Part shown: positions 25,169 through 36,431 of the stretch, piece by piece
How the letters are laid out: the number at the start of each line of letters is the position of its first letter
Position numbering within the stretch: position 1 is the first letter of the stretch
NCBI GenBank assembly: GCA_011109175.1
Contig: RDEW01000008.1
Coordinates: 1,555,447 to 1,619,446 of the forward strand
DNA from: Dicyema japonicum
Lineage: Eukaryota > Animalia > Dicyemida
Length of the DNA stretch: 64,000 nt
Reading direction: 5' to 3'
Notes under the pieces: model-generated
Database searches by the model: none
What the model was told of the DNA's origin: nothing
The model's input: only the letters and a program-made list of their open reading frames with translations
Position numbers and translations under genes: made by a program

Positions 25169-26220
25169 GATTAATTATCAACTATTTTTTATATATTTTC
25201 AAATGAATTTTCTGAATAGATTAATTGAAAGTAGAATACAATTACTCCAACAGTTTTAAATATGATTTACTGGGGATGGTTTTTAATTAACGTTTTAATA
25301 ATTAAGAAAAATTACTCCAACATTTAAGGATGTTAATGTTAAAATGAGTATGATTTGACCTTGATTTTTATTTGATTTTTTTACAGGTTGGCTACATCAA
25401 TAAATTAATTTTTTGATAACCTTGAATTTTATCTAATTGTCATTAGTTTGAAAAAGTTCAATTATTATCAAAATTCATAAAAGTATTGACTATCATATTA
25501 CAAACAAATGAGGCATAAAGTTATTCCATCAGAGTATCTCAAAATTTTGGACCAGAATGGGTAATCTAGCATTACCCAATGAATGCATGGGTTGATCACT
25601 TCGATTATGCACAGGACTAGAAAGGGACGAAGATTCCAATCGTCATAAAAAGATGAAAACTTTTAATTCAGTGGAATACGTCACTCACAGTTTTTTTGCT
25701 TTTTGGATTTCAAATACTATTAATATCAGTTTAGGACTAATCTATTGTCTGAATCAGATTTTCCTAAAATAGCAGTACTGTACAAAGAGACACTATATTA
25801 TTGACATTTTACAGTTGTTGCTAATAATAGTTGCATTCGCTCAATTAATTCCCAATTTTATGCATTATTTGATTAATTTTCACTTATTTATCTCCTTAGT
25901 AACGGACTCAGTATGTTGGCTTTTACACCCACAGCTGACGATTTAAGTCGATATTAAAAGTGTTCATACAGAACGGTAGAATAAGTGATATTTAATGAAC
26001 TTGTGAAATTAATCTAAAATTTAATCTAATTTGTAAAAAATAGCAAATTAAATTTAGAGTCAATTAGCAACGTTCAACACAAATCAAATATAATTAAATC
26101 AAAATTTCTATTAATAAATTATTATTATTAAATTGTTTTTACGAATTATTGTTTAAATTAATATTCCGTAATAATTTTTATATTTAATCAGCGGTCATTT
26201 ATTTTGCGCGTAATTCGGTG

Positions 26221-26814
26221 ATGCCTGTACGTATCAAACTTGTTGCAATCGGAGACGGAGGTTCAGGGAAGACAAGTATTTTTTCTACATTTGTGAATAA
26301 TTTATTCCCAGAAGACTACTTGCCAACAGTATTTGAAACATACTCGAAGCCAATATATTATGAAAATGAGATAGTAAGATTAGATCCTCATTCTTAGTAC
26401 AACATGGTTTTGTTCGATACTGCGGGACAGGAAGACTACGACCGTCTCCGTCCTCTTTCCTATATCGACGCCCAAGTCGTCATCATCTGCTTTCCTATAA
26501 ATGAACCTTGTTCTCTGGTGAATGTCTCAGAAAAGTGGATGTCAGAGGTCAACAATTATGCCCCTAACGCAAAAAAAATCATCGTGGCCACGAAGTTTGA
26601 CTTGGTCGATAAAGAGGAGTGTAAAGTTAATTACGACTTATACAAAGATGTTATGAGCAAATGCAAAGCAGACGGGTAATTTACTAGCTAATTGGATAGC
26701 TTTGTTATCTGCTCAGCTAAGACAAAGTATAATTTGGATGAGATCTTCTTTATGGCGATCAAACTCCACATCTCATCGAAGAAGAAGAAAATCAAGCTGT
26801 GCAATATTTTTTAA
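26221..26814 (+). CDS. Rho-family small GTPase (RhoA-like)
   Basis: G1 GDGGSGKT, effector loop YLPTVFE, DTAGQEDYDRLRPLSY, TKFD, CSAK and polybasic CAAX KKKKIKLCNIF*. Two 24-nt introns at 26374-26397 and 26676-26699. Confidence 0.95.
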
Positions 26815-27256
26815 ATTACAACTTCAATTAATATATTTTATCTACTTTGTCTTGATTAATAGAATTCGATTATTTGTCTGATTATTGTAGCTATTAGGCG
26901 AATAAAGAATAATTTAATGTAATATATTCTCACTCCACGTGTGATCCAATGATCACAAATGTCAATATTGATTGTCTAGTGAGCAATAAAATTATTATTT
27001 TGATGAGAAAGCACGAATTATGATAGATAAAGTTGTTCACGCTAACAGGCATTATTGGAGATATCCAGATGATGAATGTCATTTTTCTGTTTGAGGGTGG
27101 GAAGTTTTTGATCCTAGTTAACATTGATCTTTTTACAGATAGGCAATTTCACAAATTGATAACCTTGAATAATTTTTTTAATTAACTTTATTTTTAACAA
27201 AAATTTGAATAATTATTTTAACATTTTTGTAAATATTAATTATCATTGATAGATAA

Positions 27257-27353
27257 TAAAGTAAATTTTTGGACAAAGGCTCCATTATGGCTATTGAGCA
27301 CGAAATGGGAGTTACTCCTCGAGCCCAATGTTCTGGAAGAGCCATCTTGTCAT
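27257..27353 (+). repeat. Dispersed repeat family D copy
   Basis: Aligns with 25054-25168 (ATGGGAGTTAC, CGAGCCCAATGTTCTGGAA, GCCATC..GTCAT). Confidence 0.75.
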
Positions 27354-27479
27354 TCTAGGCTTTTCATTCTGAAGTCCTGCAAGCTACAAAATATAACAAT
27401 TGTATCAAACATTCAAAATTATATCAAATCATTTTCACTCTTTAGAATTTGTTCTGTGTTAAGGTGACTCTTTCGTTAT

Positions 27480-28154
27480 AATTTTTCGCATATTTGGCTG
27501 TATTAGCAGTTTCGACCTTGATGTGGCTGAGTTCGCAGTAACAGAAGGACATTGGTTTGCTCTATTTTTGTAAAACGCCCCTATTACTGTGTCAACTTAG
27601 CCTTCAATTCGTTGAGTCTTGAAACACACACTAGGCAATCGTATTTATCGCAAGATCGATAGTTAATTTCATATTGTCTTTGTGAGTTGAACTCTTTTGA
27701 TGTGGCAATGCTGTTATTGCAATCTAAACAATGTATCTTTGCATTAACCACTGTACAAAAGTACTGTAGTTTCCATTTTTTGAAATACCTGTCTTTCTTC
27801 TTCAAATTTCCTCTTATTGTTGAAAATTTTGTTATTGTTTTAAAATTTGTTAATTTATTGCCAATAAATGAAAGAATTTCAGCATCATATTATGGACTTA
27901 AGCGCCTAGTGCTCCGCCAAACACGTGGAAGCATTCACATTGTAAGACAGTATCTTTTTTCTGGGAATCTTCTTATATAAAGGCGAGGGTAAATTTTAAG
28001 CTTATGAACGTATTCTGACCACTGACCACACATAACAGCGGGCTGTCTATTTGAAGCCATTGACAGAAATCCACTGCTTTTCTTTGGTGGTCTCATTTTA
28101 ATGACGCATTCCGCCCATATGTCGTCCATTGTATAACCACGTTTGACATGCCTG
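27480..28154 (-). mobile_element. hAT (Charlie/SPIN/GTF2IRD2-like) transposon 5' remnant
   Basis: BED-type finger FKKWKLQYF…CLDC…KEFNSQRQYE. Terminal CAGGCATGTCAAAC (28154-28141) is typical of hAT TIRs. Confidence 0.7.
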
Positions 28155-28979
28155 TACTGGTTCTGGTTCTACTAGAAATCTCTCCTGTCAAAAAAATGTA
28201 ACAAAATAAGAGTTAATCACTAAATATGTAAAAACCATGATTGCATGGCTAATTCCTCTCAAAATTGCAAGCGAAATTCGTTAGAATAGCTGTGGCGCTT
28301 GCTGAGATTTGATTCTCAAGTCGACCCAGAAATTCTAGCGTCGAGGGTCCAATGGCACCAAAAATCGCCACAGCAAAAAAGAGTAAACATCACTTAGTCT
28401 GTTAAGTCAGCATACTATTTTATTTTTAACATTTCGGCTTTTAAAGTGGTCGAACAATTTTTGGGTACATTCTTATGGATGTTGCTTGGCCAAAAGTATC
28501 AGTGATGGTAATGTCTGACCATAGGTTTCCCGACTTTAAACGGAAAGATGGACATCCATGTGCAAAATCGTACAAACAACGTTGAGAATCTTGGGATGGA
28601 GGAAGGAACGAATGAAGATGGTTCCGAGTCTCGACTAAGTGGCCGACGTGATTATTTCATTAATAATACTATCAACGTGAGAGATCTCCAAGTTACGATG
28701 TGAGCGAAGATAACTGCGCTTATATTTTTAAAGCAAATAATAACACAAAAAAATTAACCATTTTGGGTTCACAAATCTAAGAATACTTCTCAAGAGCAGC
28801 ATCTATGCATGGTAACTGTGAATTTTTTGGAATATCGAAGATTCCAAGTTTATTTTTTGGATCATAAGGATTTTTAGAATAGGCTATATTTTTTACTAAA
28901 TCGAAAATATTCTTAAATAAACAAAAAATGAATTTGCACTTTAGTCGACAAATAGTAGTAAAATTCTTTTCCAAATTGA

Positions 28980-29300
28980 TTTTTAACCTCGACACCGCAA
29001 GAAAAAGGATCAGAGTAATCGTTTAAATTAAGTGATCCTGGTGTCCACATCAAGCTATCTCTCGTGGTTGGTTTTGGATTCCTGAAATAACGGTTGAGTT
29101 AATCTCATCCAGCGTTTTCTATCCCTCGCCTTTGTCCCAAGTGTATCTAGATCTTCACTTGTCCTCAGACTCGGACCCAATTTTGAGAGGTCTTTATTCA
29201 GAACTATGGGTAAGGTTGTCGTCTCTTCCACCGAAGCCACCGATTCCACAGCAATTGGAGTAAAAATCCGTTTTTTTTGGCCAACGAATTCTAATAACTA
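28980..29300 (-). mobile_element. RTE-like LINE C-terminus fused to an Ingi-like 3' hairpin end
   Basis: TTLPIVLNKDL…LRTSEDLDTL…RDRKRW followed by QESKTNH…DTRIT*, homologous to the end of 47400-49725. Confidence 0.6.
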
Positions 29301-29599
29301 GTCGGAGTTGTTTTCTATAGAATGAGTCCGGTTTTTCTAGCTCACTCTTAGAGGTATCCTAAATCCCAGAATTTTAAGTTGGACTGGGAGAACAAGAGTT
29401 ATAAATAAGTTTATCCCGCAACCATGGACGCGCGGATGGTGTCGAAATAAATAAGTAAGTTTATCTCTGTTCACGGTATCAGAAACCAGCGACATGTCTA
29501 AACTGAGGATATATGTCGTTTTTTTGTATTTCTAGCAAAGTGCAGAAATCCAGCGATGGCTCCATATGGCATCCGCTGTAGATCTTCCAGTCCGGTAAA

Positions 29600-29700
29600 A
29601 AAAAGAAACTCTTCAACTTTATCTCTTATTCTAGAAAAGAGAAACTCTTCAACTAGAAAAGACAAACTCTTCAACTTTATTTCGTATTCTGATAAGACAG
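29600..29700. repeat. Short tandem repeat (3 x AAACTCTTCAACT) inside a decayed LINE fragment
   Basis: AAACTCTTCAACT at about 29606, 29642 and 29665. The adjacent minus strand reads LRPIILL (RT N-terminal motif). Confidence 0.6.
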
Positions 29701-30249
29701 ATTAGAGATAAGAGGATTATTGGCCTTAGGCTATTTAGAGGGCTTTTTTGTCTCCCCGATTTATGCAAAAGGAAGTAGATACTCTTTCTATCTGTGACTT
29801 TTTGAAACATCTTTATTTTTTAGATAAAATTTCTTTCTATTTTCAGTGCTCTTACATTGTCCAAAGATTTAGAGTTCTCAGTCCTTAAACGTAGGCCTTT
29901 TTGTTTGGAGGATAGTTTACAATTACTGGGTCTTTTACCTGTTTTTTGCAGGTTCATAGAACTTCTTTGCGGTCATTTTTATACTTCAGATGTTTCGTCA
30001 TAAAAAGCTTCTATTGGTAGCTCGCCAGGTATATTATTGAGATTTTTGAGAGAGTTGAATTCTGAACGCGTCTTTGTCACCTAATTTCTCGACATTATAT
30101 CTCTCAGACTGTTTGTAGTTCTTCTGGTGGATCTAAGAATGCCAAAGTTCTCTTCAGTAAAAAACAGGCAGCCACCAATTTGTGGTCAGTGTTTGTTGGA
30201 AATGTTTCGAATTGTTTTCTTATCTGTTAAAATCATTTTTTAGTTTAGA

Positions 30250-30510
30250 TATTATTTATTTATTTTAAAACCTCAAGACAACCAATAAAAAATGAATTAA
30301 CTCGCTAAATTAAGTGATCCCAGCCTTCAACATCTCTCGAATTCTCTTCGAATGTTCCGCCAGTGAACCAACAGCGTTTCTGAAGTGTCTTCTTTTATTT
30401 CTGCAGAGTAATTCTATCAGAGTGTACTTTTTTAATGCCAATCTGAATTTCTCCGCATGAACCACTCTCTGAATGGGTTTCCTAGCTCCTTGCACATACG
30501 TAAGAAGTTT
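30250..30510 (-). mobile_element. 3' end of Ingi-like LINE
   Basis: RRHFRNAVGSLAEHSKRIREMLKAGIT*. Highly similar to 55925-56180. Confidence 0.88.
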
Positions 30511-30559
30511 AGATATATATAGAAATTAGCCCACTTTATTTAACCAACAATAAAAAGTC

Positions 30560-31310
30560 AATATTTTATAATCAACAACCTTCCTCGCCTGCCTGTTCGC
30601 CAGCCTCCTCAGGCAGGTTCGATTCTGGTTGCTGAAACAACTCCGAGAGCGCCTTGTCCGATTGAATCCTTTTCCCTTATGGCATCTCCGGGCTCTGCCT
30701 CCTATACTCCAGTGCCAGGCTCTTTAGGGTCTGCTTTAATACAGTGGACTGTAGATAGGCCTGGAGCTTCCTATCTACCCCAACTGTCTTAGATAACTTT
30801 TTTAGTATTGTGTTTCAATTCCTTCCCACGTCATTACTATTAGAATAATGAGGACCTTGCAATCAAGCATCTTCCCCATCTCGTTTGTAAGCAAGTCATA
30901 CTTCCTTTTTTTCTAAACTTCAACAGTCTGAAAACGATCTCGAGACGTAATTCCAACTTCTATGATAAGGACATGGCCAGATTCCTTATCGAGTACCACA
31001 ATGTCGTTCGGCTTATTGTGCTTGACTAGCACCGAGGTACGGATAACACTGTCTACCTTAATTTGGACCCTGCTGTTCTCTACTACAGATTGCACCTTAT
31101 GAGTCCGCAACTTTCTGATGTGGCTAATACCATACTTATTGCATAGTAAAAGATGAAGTCTCATTACTACCTCGTTGTGCCTCCACACATAGTCGTGACA
31201 GAGCATAGATCCGCACCGAGTGGCTAAATGATCAACCGACATGCTCCTTGACTTACAATGGGGACATGTATATGTTGATCGACCCCAAAAAATTAGCCAC
31301 TCAGTCAGGA
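30560..31310 (-). mobile_element. RLE-type non-LTR retrotransposon C-terminus
   Basis: CPHC…DHLATRC…RHNEVV…KP(N)DIVVLDK…IIEVGITS…KYDLL…IVMTWEG…AYLQSTVLK. Confidence 0.9.
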
Positions 31311-31381
31311 CGGCCACTATATGACCATTTGCTCACTTTTTTACTTAAATTGAATTATCAAATAATTTATCACGCATAATT

Positions 31382-31460
31382 TAAAGTAAAGTTGTTATGA
31401 CAGGTCTCCATTATGGCCTGCAAGCATTGAGGACGCAATGGGAGTTACTTTTCATAATCG
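31382..31460 (+). repeat. Dispersed repeat family D copy (5' part)
   Basis: Closely matches 25054-25131. Confidence 0.8.
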
Positions 31461-32220
31461 GAAAAACCTAGGTTCAGTCTTTTGCTTCCCTGAGCCGTAA
31501 GAGCTATGGTCTTCTCGTCGTCTGTGCAGCACTATGGACAATTTTTATCGAAACGCTTTCATACTCCCTTCGAGGATGCGATTTTGCAAAAAATCTGTCC
31601 TCTGCTTCATCTAGCTTCATTTTAGTTTTTTGATTGTAACGGGTAGTTTGCATCTAGTTTGTCCTCTATATCCTCGTATGTACTCGAAGTATTTTTCATT
31701 ACATCTTTGGCAAGTACCGTTGGATTTATTCTGAGGATCTTTCCAGACGGCCCCCCTCTTATTGTATCTTCTAGCGGCTGAGACTTGCATACCATTGTTG
31801 CTGATCTCTCATGAAGGGATCTCTAACAGCAAACGTAATTGTTTTCTATTTCATGATCCCAACTTCTCATATTGTATCCGATTCATTCCCACCGTCCCAC
31901 AATTGTAAAACAATATAAGGAGAACAAATGCACTATAGAGACGTAGTTTCGTTGATAACGATACATGCAAACTTGTAAATCATTTCGATTGTAATTTTTT
32001 CAATGCTATCGTCCCCGGATTTTCTTTGTAGAATTTTACAGTCTCAGAGTAGTGAACCAATCAATTAAATAAACTTACTAAAATTATTAAAGGTAAAAAT
32101 TCTTACAGAAAAATTTTATAATTGAAAAAAATACTAATAAAATTTAATATTTGTTAATTTTATTAAAATTTAAACCAGAATTTTTAATTGAATATTAATG
32201 AACTGTGAAATAAGCAAACT

Positions 32221-33117
32221 ATGATTGAAAAAATTGGTCCGAGGTTTGTTTCTCTGATTTTTTAAAGCGCTGAAGTCACATACAGGGACTCAATGCTGAC
32301 TCTTGCAGAACTTTGTGGTGAACGAAATCTTTTTACTTACCAAATAAGTGAACAGAAACTAAAAATCGAAGAACTTAAGGAAGGTTTGAAGATCCTCGAG
32401 GAGACTTTGAAGAAGACGTCGAAGGAATTGAATAAACTCAGTTTAACCAAAAAAGTGCTGGAGGTTCAATCCGATAAACTTTCCAAGATGATAAGCCTAC
32501 AAGAAAAGATGGTCAATGTCGAGTTTTTTTTAATTACTAAAGGAAACTGGCCTTCTAAAAATAATCGGAAAAGGGAAATTCAATCGGATTAATTTCAAAT
32601 GTTTTGGCGCGCAATTTCGATTGTTTGACGTTGGAAGGAAGTTTTGGTTTTTATAAATTTATAAAAAATAGAGCAAATTTTGACCAATTTAATTGATGAA
32701 ATAGGACACTTAAAAACTCGAGTGAGTTATCAGTTATTACTTAGGCAATCATGCTTGACCTTCCTCAAGAAAGTAGCCACGTGGGCTTCGAAGGTATTTG
32801 GGATCTTTTATTTATTAGTGGAAGGTGAAATAGAAGATGCATACAAAGAAGTGATAAAAATCAGCAAGGATGTGAACCAGTTGAATTGCAAGGTTTTATT
32901 TCGTATTTGAAGATAAGATATACCGACTCGAAAATAAGATTAGCCGGAAAATAGATAAGGAGGACAAGGATGAGTGTCAGAGGCTTAAATATCGGGTTAT
33001 TATCTCTTATGAGAAGACAAGCTGGCTGAACTGAACCAATTATTGGCTGTGACTGAGGCAACCAGCTTATCCGTCGAAGAGCGACTCGAAGATGTCAAAA
33101 AATCGTCAAATATGTGA
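32221..33117 (+). CDS. Uncharacterised coiled-coil protein with mini-introns
   Basis: ATG at 32221 and a 24-nt GT-AG intron give MIEKIGPSAEVTYRDSMLTLAEL. Heptad-like K/E/L-rich exons are separated by further ~20-30 nt GT-AG segments. Probable stop at 33115-33117. Confidence 0.6.
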
Positions 33118-33914
33118 ATTAAGCGGTAATTTGTTGCTAATTAACTAAATTTCATTTTTTCTTAACCCAAATATTTTTATTCTTAAGTTGATTTTTTGTT
33201 ATGAACGACAAAAACTAAATGAAGGTTGAGTCATTTTTTCTGTTAGCGGCAATCATAATTACTATCCTTCCTATGTTTTTTTCAATTTTTGTGTCAGGTT
33301 GGATTTGAGCCGTGATTCTCGTGAAAGTTTGTCTTCATGCCCGATTTTGAAGGCTTTACAACCTTCCCATTTGCCAAAGGGCGTTCTATCGTGTGATATG
33401 TTACTTATGTTGGTACCTTTTCCATGGCGAATATGATAGTACAAACTCAGACCGTCCTGCCGCTAACTAGGAGAATGGAAGAAGCTGGCTACATATTCTG
33501 AACTAGTGAACCGTTTTGTCCTAACTGCATTTTTAGACTTCGGGTGTAACCGATCCTGTCACCAGAGGTGTTCTCAGAAATATTGGAGCCGAAATCTCGT
33601 CCAGGCATTGGATTCGCGAATGTCCTGGAATTCCATCGTTTGCGGTAATACTCACTGTCGCTTAGCAGCTGGTTTGTTTCTTTTGACTAATAAATATGAT
33701 TTATTGATTTACAAAAAATAATCCTCCTGTTATTAATTTTATCTTCTACTAATAATTTAACGAGGAACCATGGCCACGGATTCCTGTGTTTTTTCAAAGA
33801 ACATGGAAACCTATTGGGCGATACGATTGCTCGAGTAGAAACATCGAAGGACACCCGGTGAGTTCCTTTGCAGGCATTCTCGTAGGCGATACGTTCTAGA
33901 GAAACGAGTACCGG

Positions 33915-34208
33915 GAATGAGGCCTGATGGTCCCTAGTTCGAATCCCACTGCTTTACATTTCTGTTGAAGGTTCCACGCATCTACGATGCTTTGGATTGA
34001 CAAGTGACGCCATCATCAGTGAACATTTCACTGAGGAACCGAATCCTCTTTAAAGGACTCACGCAACAACAACAACAAAAAAGTGAAAAACATTCCTTGG
34101 TTCTCGATGCTATGATTAGTTGTCATTACTGTTCTTTACTTAAATAAAATGTGCGTCCTCTCTTGGCGGAACTATTTGTAATCTGACTCTCGCGTAAAGT
34201 GCGGTTTT
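33915..34208 (+). mobile_element. tRNA-derived SINE family T
   Basis: B-box GTTCGAATCC, body GAAGGTTCCACGCATCTACGATGC, tail AAAGTGCGGTTTTTT. Confidence 0.85.
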
Positions 34209-34214
34209 TTGTTA

Positions 34215-34455
34215 ACTGAATATTTGAAAATTAGTAACTAATTAATAATTTGCCCGTTTCTTCTCAAAAAGACTTTGGGCCGGAAATAAAACTATATCTG
34301 TACGCCTACCGATATACAAAAAGAAACCTTCCCCTTACGGGAGATTAATCCAAACTCCATGACTAACTGCAGGAGAAAGTCTGATATGGAAACCGAGATC
34401 ACTTAACTTAGAAAATAACTCTTATCCTCTTTCTTGTGATTCTGTGGTTAATGAA
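34215..34455 (+). mobile_element. 3' end of Ingi-like LINE (subfamily of 47400-49725)
   Basis: KKPSPL…DMETEIT*, then GATCAC…GTGATT stem and GGTTAAT. Confidence 0.75.
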
Positions 34456-34859
34456 ATTAGATTAAATTAAAACAGACATGCTCAAGTTTCCCTAAATTTA
34501 GGCCAGGGGGATGCGAACTCAAGTAAAGGTGCATCAGATGCCTTTTTATTTGATTCCTTCGTCTCCGGTTTTAGTTGTTTTTTCACATTTTGAAGATCTT
34601 TTTAAGAGGAATTGGCAAAGTTACACATTATCAGCTATGGAATCCCGATTTGCCGTCCATGGCTCAGTTTCCAGGAGCTTAATAGCACATGAGATATTAA
34701 GCCCTTCTTAAATAGTTGATCTGAAGGTCGTGGATTGCGTGGATCTGATCTTCACAGTCAACTCGTGGTCGCAGTCAATTCAAAAGCAATCAAATATTAT
34801 TGAAAGGGCCATATGGTTGTAATATTAATTAATTAATCCAAGGAATATGCAAGACATTG

Positions 34860-35070
34860 AAAGTGTTATTGGCTTCCCTTTTTTTCTTTTTTTTGTGTGT
34901 GAGTCGCAGAAGACAATCCAGTTCCGCAGTGATGAAACACTGATGACGCATCACTTGTCAACCCCAAAGCATCGTAAATGCTTGGAACATTCAACCGAAT
35001 GGACAGCAGCGAGATTCAAACTTTGGACTCATGATTTTGGTTTGGAATTTATTGCACTGAACCATCCGGT
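34860..35070 (-). mobile_element. tRNA-derived SINE family T (partial)
   Basis: Reverse complement of the SINE body (GACAATCCAGTTCCGCAGTGA…CTGATGACG…GCATCGTA…CAGCAGCGAGATTC). Confidence 0.8.
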
Positions 35071-35159
35071 GTCGATGACGAGATAACTTGTTTTTTGCCT
35101 GTGCCTACTCAGAAAGCTTTTCATTTCTGATATTCGAAAGTTGAGAAGAGTTTAACAAA

Positions 35160-35900
35160 TTTGAAATGTTTCATTATTTCCCTCGAGATTTTCTTACGCT
35201 CTATTTTTTAATTTTTTTTATTTCTTGGTCGTTGATATTTTCGATTTTTTGTAGAATGGCCTTTCCTTTTGCCGTTTCAACAACGTTAAAATTTAACAGG
35301 TTAGGCGGTTTTGGGCTTTGTTGTTTCATCAAGGTAATCCATTTTTCGTTTGAATTTTGGCATGTTTTTATTTCAGAGAAGTTTTAGGTGATAATGTGGA
35401 AATAATAATCTCTGCATTAATCAACTTTTCGACTGAATATCTCTTTTCATGGTAAAGTCGATCTCTGCGGAAATAAGTTTTTCCAAGAATATTTTTAGTT
35501 TTAATGAGTAACAATTTTTTCAGAGGATGTAATCAATATTGTTGTAAATGTTGATTTATTTCTCATTTTCGTTTTTTTTAATCCCATCCACAAGGTTTTA
35601 TAACTTGCTGGATGAATGAAAATTGTACTGGATAGTAAGAGTTCGCATAAACTGCAAATTTTTACTAACATGCTACGGAGAGCGTTTCTTTTGCTTTCTA
35701 TATGATTTCTCATGCATAGCTCATCGCGGTTTTCTTTACCAGCTTCAGATCATAGTTAAGAATTTCGGAAGCGTTTTACATGAACGTCAACGGTTGTATT
35801 AGAAACTGCGAAGTAGTCTTCCATGATGACATTTGCTGGCGTACTTGGGTCTATTCTTAGAATGTGGTAAAACAGATTCCAGCGTACCTTTGTGAATTAA
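35160..35900 (-). mobile_element. Decayed RTE-like LINE fragments
   Basis: RWNLFYHILRIDPSTPANVIMEDYF resembles the RTE C-terminal LFGHILR…PA motif. Confidence 0.5.
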
Positions 35901-36431
35901 TAGTATTAAATCGAACTACTATCCAATGGTTTGGTTTAATTAGGCTAAAAGTATACCGATTTATTTAGGCTTAATTATTAAATAAACATTATATTTACGT
36001 GTTGAAGATATCAATAGGTTTTTCAGATTGCCTTTTCCCTCTTTCGCATGGATTTATGGATTTACTCTTAAGTCTATTCCTGAATACCTTACACGAATAG
36101 GAGATCCCCATGAGCGCTTTTGGGTATTTGATCGAATCTCGGTCTCCATCCTGAGAAGGAATAGCCACTCAGTCAAGGCGCCTGCTATTCCTTTATTTTA
36201 ATAAAGAATTCCTTACATATGACTGTCCATTCTAAGTTAAAACCTTTGACGACTCCTATTAGACTTAGAAGTCTTTCTGGGAACTGTAGTCTCTTAGGAC
36301 ATTTCGGTTAAAGTTAATTCTATCTTTTACATGAGTATAAATATCACAAATCGTTACAACGTCTATAAGCACAGGTTGTCATAGCAATGATACATATATG
36401 ATTGAACAAAGGCATACGTGCGTGTGACTCT

